20,000 nt of DNA from an uncultured virus (IMG/VR IMGVR_UViG_3300021400_001516) (Duplodnaviria; Heunggongvirae; Uroviricota; Caudoviricetes): IMG/VR virus record IMGVR_UViG_3300021400_001516; one strand, 5' to 3'. Positions 9,687 through 18,310 of the stretch are shown one piece after another. The notes below the pieces were generated by a model that made no database searches, was not told where the DNA came from, and saw nothing but the letters and a program-made list of their open reading frames with translations. Every line of letters starts with the position of its first letter. Position 1 is the stretch's first letter. Position numbers and translations under genes: made by a program.

Positions 9687-10208
9687 ATGGCTAATATAAT
9701 TGATAAAATTTTTAAGCCAAGATATACAATTTCTGAGTTATTATCCATAGATCAGGGGAGACAGGCAAGAGCTGCAAATTGTAGAGTGACTTTGATAAAT
9801 ACTTTCTATTCCATTAAGGAGGAAACTCTGATGGATAAAGTTAGGTCTTTTTTAAATAAATCTCCAAGAAGACAAGTATTTTATATAACTTTTAAATTTC
9901 AAGTAAAATCAGATACTGGAAATGTACATAACGTATATATCCAGGTTGATCCAGACTTTGATCTTAATAAAGGAGGATCAAATCATGTAAGAATATATTG
10001 TGGTTGTGCAGATTTTAAATATAGATCTGCATATGCCCTTGGACAAAGAAATTCTTTATTTTTAAACGGTAGGACTCTAAGTGATCTAGGTGATTCTTGG
10101 AAAACTGCAGGAACTGGAAAAGCGGGACAATCTTTACTCTGTAAACATGCTTTTGCTTCGCTTAACTGGTTAATGAGTCACTACTCTAACATAATGAGAA
10201 ATATATGA
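9687..10208 (+). CDS. SWIM-type zinc-finger protein
   Basis: YCGCADFKYR ... LCKHAF (CxC...CxH) preceded by predicted beta strands. Confidence 0.75.
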   Translation: MANIIDKIFKPRYTISELLSIDQGRQARAANCRVTLINTFYSIKEETLMDKVRSFLNKSPRRQVFYITFKFQVKSDTGNVHNVYIQVDPDFDLNKGGSNHVRIYCGCADFKYRSAYALGQRNSLFLNGRTLSDLGDSWKTAGTGKAGQSLLCKHAFASLNWLMSHYSNIMRNI

Positions 10209-12952
10209 GTAAAATTCTGGCTATATCAGATATTCACATTCACGATTATCCACAGAGAAACCCAAGCGAAAAATATAGATTATATCAAACTAAATTAGTA
10301 ACTCAAAATATTTTAGAAGTAGCTCAACGAGAGGGGACTGAGATTCTTGTAATTGCAGGAGATGTTATGGATAAGTGGAACCCCCGTCCGTATGTGCAGG
10401 CGGAGATTAAACTTTTCCTTGATACTCTCATGTCTTATTTTAAAGAAGGTTACATTATTTGGGGAAATCATGATCAAGATAATAAAACTGAAAATTCTGA
10501 TTTCATAGATTCATGTTTGGCTGTAATGCTTCCTCCTAATTTATATTATGCTGATATGAAGGAGATTAATATAGATGGGTGTAGGATTGGATTTATGAAT
10601 TGGAGACCTAAGTTTGACTTATCGTGGATTCAAGGAAAACTTGATATTCTCTTCACTCATGCTACCATATGTTACAGTGATACAGATCAATTTACGAGTC
10701 AGAAATTAGATGAAAGTAAGTTTGATCTTGCTATATGTGGTGATATTCATAGACCTGCATCGAAGGGGAAGTATGTTAGTATTGGAATTCCACAAAGATG
10801 TAAGATGGGTGACGGAGAAGATAGCACCGGTATTATTCTAGATACTTCTACTAAGACTTGGCAGTGGGTAGATTTAAACCCTAACAAGAATCTTATGAAG
10901 TTTCAGTATACAAATAAACGTGATCAAGAAGGATGGGATCCAAATACAGGAACTTGGAATGTATATAAGCCAGATAATTTAAGTATTTCTGGAGGTATTA
11001 GAGATATTAAGATACCTGCATGGGAAGAAATTAATAAACTGACGGATCAAATAATTTCCTTAAATGGTCTCGAAGCTATTCATAGTGAGGTTCTCAAGAA
11101 TATCCAAAATCGTGAATCTCTGGAGGTTGATTTTGATTTTGTTTTAACTCATTTTCACTGTAAAAATTGGAGAAGTATTGATGATTGTGATCTTTACTTT
11201 GACGATCTTGATAGAATTCTTATTACGGGGGAAAATGGTTCTGGAAAAAGTAGTCTCTTAAGTGCTATACGATATGCTTTTATAGAAAATAGGAGTGTTA
11301 AAGATTTCTTACAATTTGGTACAAAGGAATGTGAGGCTACAGTTGAGTTCGTTTATCAAGGCAATCAGTATAAAATTGAACGTGGATATAAAGGACGTGG
11401 AGGTTATACTAAACTTTGGATGAACGGGGAAGAACAAAAAGCCAATTCTAAAACTGATCTTGACGAGGATATTCATACCAGATTTCCTTTCATAGATTAT
11501 ATGGATGTTTATTTCTTCGACTCAGATCATCATAAACTTATTGGTGGAATAACTCCTGAAAGAAAGTCTGAGATCGTTTCCAAGTTCTATAAGATGGATA
11601 AAATTGACTTGTATAATGAAGCAGCTCAATTATTATTCTCAAAAGAAAAAGAGGAGATAGATCGAACCAGGGGAAATATCGAAACGGGGAAAGAATTACT
11701 GAAATATATAGAAGGTAATCTTGCTAATCTTCACGTTCCTTCGCTAAGTGAGGCAGATCTCCAAAAGAAAAAACAAGAAGGTATCGTACTTCAAAGTAAG
11801 TGGAGAACTTGGAATACTTACATGACCCAAACAGCTAATTATCAAGCTAGTATAAAACTCTATAGAGAAAAAGTTACTGATCTTGAAAAACAAATTAGCG
11901 GATTTAGAGATGCAGCTCTTCTTCAATCGGAAATTCAAAGTTATCGTGATAAAATAACTTGGATACAGGGAGAAGTTCAAAAGCTTCAGGCTATAGAAAC
12001 TGAAGGTAGACAAAAAAGAGCCGAATTTGATAATATTAAAAGTTCTGGTATCTGTAGAGCATGCGGTAGACCTCTTGATAATCAGGAAGAAAGAAATGCA
12101 AGGCTTCAAGAATTAGATAAAGAACTACAAGATCTTACTATCAGGTGGACTACTCAGAATGACTATATTAAGTCTCATATAGGCAATCCTTCTAAAGTCA
12201 TAGAGGAATGTAATACTGCTATGGCAAGGGTTATGTCTGAGAAGAGTATTCAGGATAGAACTAGAAATGAACTCTCTCAAGCTAGAGTTAATGTAACTAG
12301 GGAAGAGAATAATCTTAAAAACTTAGGTCCAGCTCCCGAGAAGGTAGAACTTCCTCAGGGATTTATGGATGAGATGAGTAAGATAGAAACTTCTTTAGCA
12401 GAGTGGGCTCAGTATAATAAACTTCAGAGCGATAAGGCCTATAATGAAGGTCAGGTTCAGAAATGTGAAAATTACCTGAGAACCTTGCAATCTCAGTCTC
12501 AAAATCTCCAAGATTATATTAGACTTACCGGCCCTACGGGTAAAATTTATGAAGAAATTATGTCTCGTCTCGCCAGTCAGTTTAGTGATAATCAGGTAAT
12601 CTATAAAGTTGAAAGATCTACTTTTAGAAAGAAGGAACACTTAGATCTCTCATCTTACTACTTGAATAACGGTAATGAAGTTTCTTACCAGGCTTGTAGT
12701 AGTGGACAGAAAACTATTCTTGATATAAATTTCCTTAGTAAAATTGTAACAAGGATGGGACTCCTAGTAATGGACGAATTCTTAAAACACCTCGATGCTA
12801 AGAATCATGATATCTGTATTGACATGTTGAAGGAGATGAATATTGGTTGTATTCTTCTCAGTAGTCATATGGAGTCTGTTCCTGCTTTTAATAATAAATC
12901 TATAACTCTTGAACTTAATGAGAGTGGTGTATCTAAAATTCAAATGAAATGA
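10205..12952 (+). CDS. Fused Mre11/SbcD nuclease - Rad50/SbcC ATPase (gp47-gp46-like)
   Basis: Phosphoesterase motifs SDIH, AGD, GNHD, TH, GDIH; Walker A GENGSGKS (11228-11251); coiled coil with CRAC hook (12053-12064); signature CSSGQK; Walker B/D-loop LVMDEFLKHLD; H-loop SSH. Confidence 0.92.
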   Translation: MSKILAISDIHIHDYPQRNPSEKYRLYQTKLVTQNILEVAQREGTEILVIAGDVMDKWNPRPYVQAEIKLFLDTLMSYFKEGYIIWGNHDQDNKTENSDFIDSCLAVMLPPNLYYADMKEINIDGCRIGFMNWRPKFDLSWIQGKLDILFTHATICYSDTDQFTSQKLDESKFDLAICGDIHRPASKGKYVSIGIPQRCKMGDGEDSTGIILDTSTKTWQWVDLNPNKNLMKFQYTNKRDQEGWDPNTGTWNVYKPDNLSISGGIRDIKIPAWEEINKLTDQIISLNGLEAIHSEVLKNIQNRESLEVDFDFVLTHFHCKNWRSIDDCDLYFDDLDRILITGENGSGKSSLLSAIRYAFIENRSVKDFLQFGTKECEATVEFVYQGNQYKIERGYKGRGGYTKLWMNGEEQKANSKTDLDEDIHTRFPFIDYMDVYFFDSDHHKLIGGITPERKSEIVSKFYKMDKIDLYNEAAQLLFSKEKEEIDRTRGNIETGKELLKYIEGNLANLHVPSLSEADLQKKKQEGIVLQSKWRTWNTYMTQTANYQASIKLYREKVTDLEKQISGFRDAALLQSEIQSYRDKITWIQGEVQKLQAIETEGRQKRAEFDNIKSSGICRACGRPLDNQEERNARLQELDKELQDLTIRWTTQNDYIKSHIGNPSKVIEECNTAMARVMSEKSIQDRTRNELSQARVNVTREENNLKNLGPAPEKVELPQGFMDEMSKIETSLAEWAQYNKLQSDKAYNEGQVQKCENYLRTLQSQSQNLQDYIRLTGPTGKIYEEIMSRLASQFSDNQVIYKVERSTFRKKEHLDLSSYYLNNGNEVSYQACSSGQKTILDINFLSKIVTRMGLLVMDEFLKHLDAKNHDICIDMLKEMNIGCILLSSHMESVPAFNNKSITLELNESGVSKIQMK

Positions 12953-13608
12953 TATATATGGATGATAATGGATATGATTTAGGAGAACTGGTGAAGTTTA
13001 TTGAAGAGATGAAAAATCCAACTAAAGAAATTATAGAGAAAATTAAAGATAAATTTTATTTGTCTTTTGAACCTCGACCCAAAGACTATAAGCTTTCAGG
13101 AATGATTGTAATTGGGGAAGCAGGGATTGTCGGAAAAAGACTTTATGAAAAATTCTCAGAGCATTTCTTTAAGTCAAATGGAGAGGATGCCTGGTTATCT
13201 GAATTTGAAGGGATAGTATGTTCAGATGGCTTAATACTTCTTTCTCCTGGAAATATTTATACAGAATTTCCTGAACCTGTACTTGATAAATTGACAGAAG
13301 TATCAGAATGGTTAAAGGAAAAAGAGTGTAATACAGATTCATTCGATTGGGATAAATTTATAAAAACTCCAGAATATAAAGATATGTTCAATTCTTGGAT
13401 AGCTGGTGGTAATATGGATTGGATGACAGATTATAGTAATATACTGAGTAATCCAGCAAATAGTACTGCTACTAATACTTATACTTCTAGTAATATTAGT
13501 AATACAGTTACTTCTGCTAGTACAGGTGCGAATACAATAACAATCTGTACTGATGGTATTATGAACACTCTATTAGACATAACTGGAGTATCTAATTATA
13601 AAAATTAA
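12949..13608 (+). CDS. Hypothetical protein with S/T/N-rich C-terminus
   Basis: ATGA-coupled ORF of 219 aa. Confidence 0.75.
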   Translation: MIYMDDNGYDLGELVKFIEEMKNPTKEIIEKIKDKFYLSFEPRPKDYKLSGMIVIGEAGIVGKRLYEKFSEHFFKSNGEDAWLSEFEGIVCSDGLILLSPGNIYTEFPEPVLDKLTEVSEWLKEKECNTDSFDWDKFIKTPEYKDMFNSWIAGGNMDWMTDYSNILSNPANSTATNTYTSSNISNTVTSASTGANTITICTDGIMNTLLDITGVSNYKN

Positions 13609-13609
13609 T

Positions 13610-13987
13610 ATGTTACCAATGTATTATCAAGGAATGCCTTTTGCAGCAGTAAAAAGTATTCCAGATCTCTTCAAGGATAAGAAACTTGGAAAAATAAAAC
13701 AGATCTACGACGCTTCTAAGATTATTTTCAAGACAGGTCGAGATCCAGAAATGGAAGTATGTCAGGGTGCAGAAATTTATCGAATATTAATTCTTGAAAA
13801 GAGTTATAGAAAGATTCCTGTAGCTGAAATAGTAGTTATTCCTGCAGAAAAAAGAGTTGATTTGTTCGATGCAGGAAACTTATTAGCACAGTGGAGATCC
13901 CATAAAATAGAATATAAAGGATATTCACATCTCTTAGATTCAATGGGATTTGATAAAAATTTTGTTAAACTTTATAATGTATTATGA
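13610..13987 (+). CDS. Hypothetical protein (125 aa)
   Basis: Tightly packed ORF in the operon. Confidence 0.75.
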   Translation: MLPMYYQGMPFAAVKSIPDLFKDKKLGKIKQIYDASKIIFKTGRDPEMEVCQGAEIYRILILEKSYRKIPVAEIVVIPAEKRVDLFDAGNLLAQWRSHKIEYKGYSHLLDSMGFDKNFVKLYNVL

Positions 13988-14298
13988 TAGAGTTAGAGGA
14001 AAAAAATTGGGAAGAAGAAATTTCAACTCCAGGTATAATTGTAGCAGACTTTTTTGCAGATTGGTGTGGACCTTGTAAATCTTTGGCTAGAACTCTCGAG
14101 GAACTTAGTGAGGAATTAGATTCAGTTAAGTTCGTAAAGATCAATGTCGAAGATTGTGATTCTGCAGCCGAAAAGTTTGGTATTAGAAATGTCCCCACTT
14201 TGATAATCTTTAAAGACGGAGAAATGAAAAAAAAATCTGTTGGATCTATACCTAAGGATAAGATCAAGCAACTCATAGAAGAGGTTAATGAGGAATAA
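13984..14298 (+). CDS. trxA: Thioredoxin
   Basis: DFFADWCGPCK active site, FVKINV, cis-Pro motif NVPT; 104 aa. Confidence 0.95.
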   Translation: MIELEEKNWEEEISTPGIIVADFFADWCGPCKSLARTLEELSEELDSVKFVKINVEDCDSAAEKFGIRNVPTLIIFKDGEMKKKSVGSIPKDKIKQLIEEVNEE

Positions 14299-14351
14299 AA
14301 AGTTCCGGTAGATATACGAAAACTATCTACCGGTTCTTCATTTTTTTTTTT
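14299..14351. terminator. Terminator hairpin between convergent genes
   Basis: CCGGTAGATA 14305-14314 / TATCTACCGG 14324-14333, with an A-run upstream and a T-run downstream. Confidence 0.7.
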
Positions 14352-14598
14352 ACTTTTTGTTTTTGTTAAAGATTCCCTCAACTTCTTCAGGAGTTAATTC
14401 GAGAGTTACTCCTTTGATTCCAGTCTTAACTAGTTCCTCGAGGGCAGTATCAACTTCCTCCGGCGGAATCTGACTAGGAACCCTCCTTTTTATTGTACAA
14501 ACAATCTCTGTTCCATTATATTCGACTCTAACATAGCCGTATTCTCCGTTAGGATTCTTAAAATCCTGTTGTTTACTAGGATGCTTCTTTCTAGGCAT
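14350..14598 (-). CDS. Small hypothetical protein (82 aa)
   Basis: ATG start with its own CCTTATATAC motif on the minus strand at 14631-14640; converges on the terminator. Confidence 0.7.
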   Translation of the reverse strand: MPRKKHPSKQQDFKNPNGEYGYVRVEYNGTEIVCTIKRRVPSQIPPEEVDTALEELVKTGIKGVTLELTPEEVEGIFNKNKK

Positions 14599-14654
14599 AA
14601 TATTAAAAAATTAATAAATGTTAATAATACGTATATAAGGTTACTTCAGGAGTG

Positions 14655-14755
14655 AAAAAAATAGGTCCTGCCTTCTCAGGTGAGACCCACTTTGAAAAAA
14701 AACTGGATTAAAATTGGACTAAAATTGCTTTCTATTATCAGCCTATATATAAGAG
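14655..14755 (-). ncRNA. Candidate small RNA cassette (promoter motif, 11-nt tandem repeat, terminator)
   Basis: Minus strand reads CTCTTATATAT (14755-14745), CAATTTTAGTC/CAATTTTAATC repeat, then GTGGGTCT..CCT-GAGA-AGG..GGACCTAT plus T-tract; no ORF. Confidence 0.4.
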
Positions 14756-14807
14756 TTCTAAGGGTAAAGAATTCTTCTGAAGATTATATCAAATCCTTAT
14801 AGGTACA

Positions 14808-16322
14808 ATGTTAAATATAAATTTCAGCAAAGATAAAAATTTGTTAATTTTAGAGACAGATGACCCAAGTGCGGTCTGTTTCTTAGAAGCAAATCAAAAA
14901 AAGTATGAATATATTCCTTATCAAAAAAAATGGGGATATACTGAGAAGACTCTAAAAATTTATGAACCTAAGAGAGGAAGAAAGCCGAAAACTAATTCTA
15001 ATATTGAGACTTATGAAATAGGGCCAGGCTGGGTTGGATATCTCTTAGGGGTATTTAGAGGAAAACTAAGCTCTGAAAATTATAATCAAATTCTTAAAAA
15101 TGTAGTTTATTCAGATCTTAGTAGAGAAGTACCTTTTCCAGAACTTCGAGATTATCAAAATTCTGATGTATTGTTTCTTTTGAAATATAGAAGAGGTCTT
15201 ATGACTGTAAATACAGGCTATGGAAAAACTCAAACCATAGCTACTCTTACAAACTACGCACATGAAGAACTTAAGAAAAAGGTTCTTCTCGTATGTCCAT
15301 CTAATAAGGCAAGAGACGAACTTGTTAAGAGATGTAAAAGTGTTTTTAATCTCGATGTAAGTTACCGGGATAAAGACCTAAATGGACACCTCGACTGTAT
15401 TATCACTGCTGGCCTTATGAATTCTAAAAAAACTGAAGAAGATTGGTTCTCAGATCTTCTCAAGGAATATCAATGGGTACTTGTAGATGAGGTAGAATAT
15501 ACTATAAATCCCGGAGGTAATTTTATTTACAAGCATACAACGGGGGCAGAGAGGTTCTATGCTTTCTCCGGTACTGCTGATAAAGAGAATGGTGATATGA
15601 TTTCTTTTAATCAAGGACTGTCAGATGTAGTTCTTAGAAATAAAGATCTTATAAAATATTTTGGACCATCTCTTATCTATAGAAAACCTCTTAATATTCA
15701 AGTATCTTATACCTCTATTAAAACACGAGCTCTAGACAACTTAAAAATAGATATTCCGGAGATTCAGGAAGAGGGGGGAAATGTATATCTTGAAATCATG
15801 GCAAGAATATGGACTGATCCCGGAGTAGTAGCGGTTTTAATGGAGACTCTGAGACACTTCCCCCGTGCATTTCTTCCCATGAATAATCTTGTTAGTATTA
15901 TTAATATATGGATCGAACAATATTTTAAGGGAAACTTTAGAATTCTCCTGGTATGTGGTGAAGGATATCTTTATTATGATCTTGAAGGAAATAAAACAAA
16001 ACTTTCTCTTCAAGAAGCATGTGATTATATCTCTCAGGGGCTTGTTGATGTAATACCTTCTACTAGTGCTGGATATCGTGCACTAGACTTTCCTGGACTT
16101 GAAAATATAGTTTTAATACAGGGAAAAATAGGAGGAGTAGTTCTTCAATCTATTGGAAGAGTTGCAAGGGGAAGTCATATGAGAATTGTATGTTTTGAAC
16201 CTTTCTCTAAAAGATCAATCCCTATCTACTCTAAAGGAGCCGATGAAAGAAAGAAAATGATACAGGATTATTATCAGTACTGCGATATTCAATTCGAAAC
16301 CTTATTAGAAGATGAGCTATAA
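14808..16322 (+). CDS. Superfamily 2 helicase (UvsW-like)
   Basis: Q motif LRDYQ, Walker A NTGYGKT, Ia VCPS, Walker B LVDEVE, motif III SGT, motif VI QSIGRVARG. Confidence 0.88.
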   Translation: MLNINFSKDKNLLILETDDPSAVCFLEANQKKYEYIPYQKKWGYTEKTLKIYEPKRGRKPKTNSNIETYEIGPGWVGYLLGVFRGKLSSENYNQILKNVVYSDLSREVPFPELRDYQNSDVLFLLKYRRGLMTVNTGYGKTQTIATLTNYAHEELKKKVLLVCPSNKARDELVKRCKSVFNLDVSYRDKDLNGHLDCIITAGLMNSKKTEEDWFSDLLKEYQWVLVDEVEYTINPGGNFIYKHTTGAERFYAFSGTADKENGDMISFNQGLSDVVLRNKDLIKYFGPSLIYRKPLNIQVSYTSIKTRALDNLKIDIPEIQEEGGNVYLEIMARIWTDPGVVAVLMETLRHFPRAFLPMNNLVSIINIWIEQYFKGNFRILLVCGEGYLYYDLEGNKTKLSLQEACDYISQGLVDVIPSTSAGYRALDFPGLENIVLIQGKIGGVVLQSIGRVARGSHMRIVCFEPFSKRSIPIYSKGADERKKMIQDYYQYCDIQFETLLEDEL

Positions 16323-17727
16323 TATGAATTCAGGAATTAACAATGTAGATTTATTACTGGGATGTTTCTCGCCTTATGTATTTTCACAGGCAAAAGAAGC
16401 TATTTACGATTTAAAGTACTATTTTGATACTAATCCTGCAACTTCAGGAAATCCTATAATATCAGAATTAGTAAAGGCTATCAGAGACTATGATCTGGAT
16501 GCAATTGGAATACCGCTATTTAATAGTATTTTTGCTAGGTGCCAATTATCTCCGGCAGAGGGACAGCAAATTCTAAATCGAGTAGTAGAATATAAAAAAT
16601 ACTCGAAAGAACAAATGCTGCCCGTAAAAAAGTATGTTTCTGATGTTGTTGCTAGTGTCTGGTTATCAAAGGCGGAGAGGTATCAAAATAGTCCTTCAGA
16701 TTATATAAATTACATTAAAGGAATAAATCTGAAAAGCTCAGATAGGGAAGGGCTGAGTTCAATAAATTTTAATGATCTTGATATAAATTCAATCTTAAAA
16801 CAGGAAAGTGATAATATAGTTCAAAGTAAGTTTGATTTTATAAATAGGTCTTTTCCCAACGGTGGATATCCGAGAAGTTCAATTATTATTGTAAGTGCTC
16901 CTCCGGGTGTAGGTAAATCATTGCTCTTGACGGAAGAAACTTTATGGATGGCTCTTCATGGAACTAAGGTTTTGTATGGTATCTTTGGTGATATCGGAAT
17001 GAGGGACATGTTGATAAGAATGTGTGCCATCTATAGTGGGTTTTCTTTTAATGAGACTAATCGAAGACTTCCAGAGCTATATAAAAGTCTTAGGGATGCA
17101 TTAAGAGGGAACTTTGAAATATCCGTTAATCCAGCAGGACAAGTTAGTGTTGAAGAATTTGTAGAATTTTCAAAGAATTCTCCTGCGAAAGTTATTGTAG
17201 CAGACTATGATAGTAACCTGACGATGGAAGCTAAATCGGACTCTATGTACGATCTTTTTGGAACTATGTATCAGAAGTTTACTGAACTTACTGCTGAACC
17301 TTATAACAAACTTCTTTTTGTGGCAAGTCAACCTAAAATTGTCGCTTGGGGAAATTCAGTGATAGGTTTGACGGACATTGGTGAAAGTTCTAGAAAACAA
17401 CATGCGGCTGATATGATCATTACAAAGGGCAAAGAGGTTAATAGTCCAAACCATCTTAGTGTAATAAATATTCCAAAAAATCGTCGCGGTGAAGTTGATC
17501 TTCAGGCATACTCAATACGTCTTAGTAATGGTAGAACTAAGATTGTACCTAGGGCTGTTTATCAAAATCTTCTTCAGATTCCTGAAAAAAGAGAGTATCT
17601 TGACAGTGAAATTGATATGATGATAGATGGATGGAGAAAATCTCAAGGAAATATAAATGCTGCTGTAGAAAATCGTATGAATCAGCAACAACAAAGACAG
17701 GGACCTTTTCCCTTTCCGATGAGCTAA
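16312..17727 (+). CDS. dnaB: Replicative DnaB-like (SF4) helicase
   Basis: Walker A APPGVGKS, VADY, ASQ, GESSRKQHAAD, arginine-finger KNRRG. Confidence 0.85.
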   Translation: MSYNMNSGINNVDLLLGCFSPYVFSQAKEAIYDLKYYFDTNPATSGNPIISELVKAIRDYDLDAIGIPLFNSIFARCQLSPAEGQQILNRVVEYKKYSKEQMLPVKKYVSDVVASVWLSKAERYQNSPSDYINYIKGINLKSSDREGLSSINFNDLDINSILKQESDNIVQSKFDFINRSFPNGGYPRSSIIIVSAPPGVGKSLLLTEETLWMALHGTKVLYGIFGDIGMRDMLIRMCAIYSGFSFNETNRRLPELYKSLRDALRGNFEISVNPAGQVSVEEFVEFSKNSPAKVIVADYDSNLTMEAKSDSMYDLFGTMYQKFTELTAEPYNKLLFVASQPKIVAWGNSVIGLTDIGESSRKQHAADMIITKGKEVNSPNHLSVINIPKNRRGEVDLQAYSIRLSNGRTKIVPRAVYQNLLQIPEKREYLDSEIDMMIDGWRKSQGNINAAVENRMNQQQQRQGPFPFPMS

Positions 17728-17758
17728 AAATACCCCCGTTTTAGGGGTATTTTTTTTT
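17726..17758 (+). terminator. Rho-independent terminator
   Basis: AAAAATACCCC-loop-GGGGTATTTTTTTTT immediately after the helicase stop. Confidence 0.9.
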
Positions 17759-17790
17759 CCGTCTGAAAAGGCCTAAAAAGCCTTATATAT

Positions 17791-17972
17791 AGAGAGAGTT
17801 AGGAGAAGTTCTTAACGAATACTGAAAATACCGGAAAACCCATATAATTATAAATCCGGCAGAAAGTAGTTAGGAATAATATCTATCTCAACGAACACTG
17901 AAAATACTAGAAAACCTACATGATTATAAGAGCTAGTAGAAAGTAGTTGAGATGGAAATCTCTCTTTTTTTT
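17791..17972 (+). ncRNA. Structured ncRNA 1 containing two tandem copies of one module
   Basis: CCTTATA at 17781; terminal AGAGAGA/TCTCTCT stem plus T-tract; two modules 76 nt apart with compensatory changes. Confidence 0.75.
17809..17956 (+). repeat. Two-copy imperfect direct repeat (17809-17876 and 17882-17956)
   Basis: Consensus AACGAAYACTGAAAATACYRGAAAACC...ATTATAA...CYRGYAGAAAGTAGTT. Confidence 0.9.
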
Positions 17973-17995
17973 GTTCCCCTCAAAACCTTATATAT

Positions 17996-18153
17996 GAAAT
18001 TAAAAAAAAATATGTTGCCCGTCGCGGGATTCTTTCATCCCGCACCCCCGAGAGGAACTTCAATCCCACATTCATAGGCGACCTGATATCGGTCGTGGAC
18101 GACGCTCCGCTACTTTCCCGCCCGGGATCTCGAAGTTCCTCTCATTTTTTTTT
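17996..18153 (+). ncRNA. Structured GC-rich ncRNA 2
   Basis: CCTTATA at 17986; hairpin GCGGGAT/ATCCCGC; 12-bp stem 18050-18061/18132-18143; internal hairpins; T9. Confidence 0.7.
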
Positions 18154-18171
18154 CGCCTTATTTTCTTATAT

Positions 18172-18290
18172 ACAAGATTGATTGAGTTGGTCTCTGAACA
18201 AGGTCTTATAAACCTAACGTGACTTGTAAAAGTATTCTCCCCGTTGTAGTGTGGGTGAAGAAGACATCTTGATCAATCATTATTTTTTTT
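18172..18290 (+). ncRNA. Structured ncRNA 3
   Basis: TCTTATA at 18164; 11-bp terminal stem 18176-18186/18268-18278 with G-U pairs; two internal hairpins; T8. Confidence 0.65.
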
Positions 18291-18310
18291 GTCCCCTAAA
18301 AACCTTATAT

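Noticed and set aside
2679..17727. Inteins or introns in the topoisomerase and helicases
   Set aside because: Protein lengths are compact, motifs are contiguous and no intein or homing-endonuclease signatures are visible.
17820..17945. Hammerhead ribozyme (CUGA-stem-GAAA in both repeat copies)
   Set aside because: The core reads CUGAAAA rather than CUGANGA in both copies, breaking the C3-G8 pair, and no third stem or UH cleavage site is evident.
17809..17956. CRISPR or other guide-RNA array
   Set aside because: Only two copies, the would-be spacers resemble each other, and no Cas or Nop-domain gene is in the window.
18050..18143. Retron msr-msd
   Set aside because: Inverted repeats are present, but there is no reverse transcriptase in the window.
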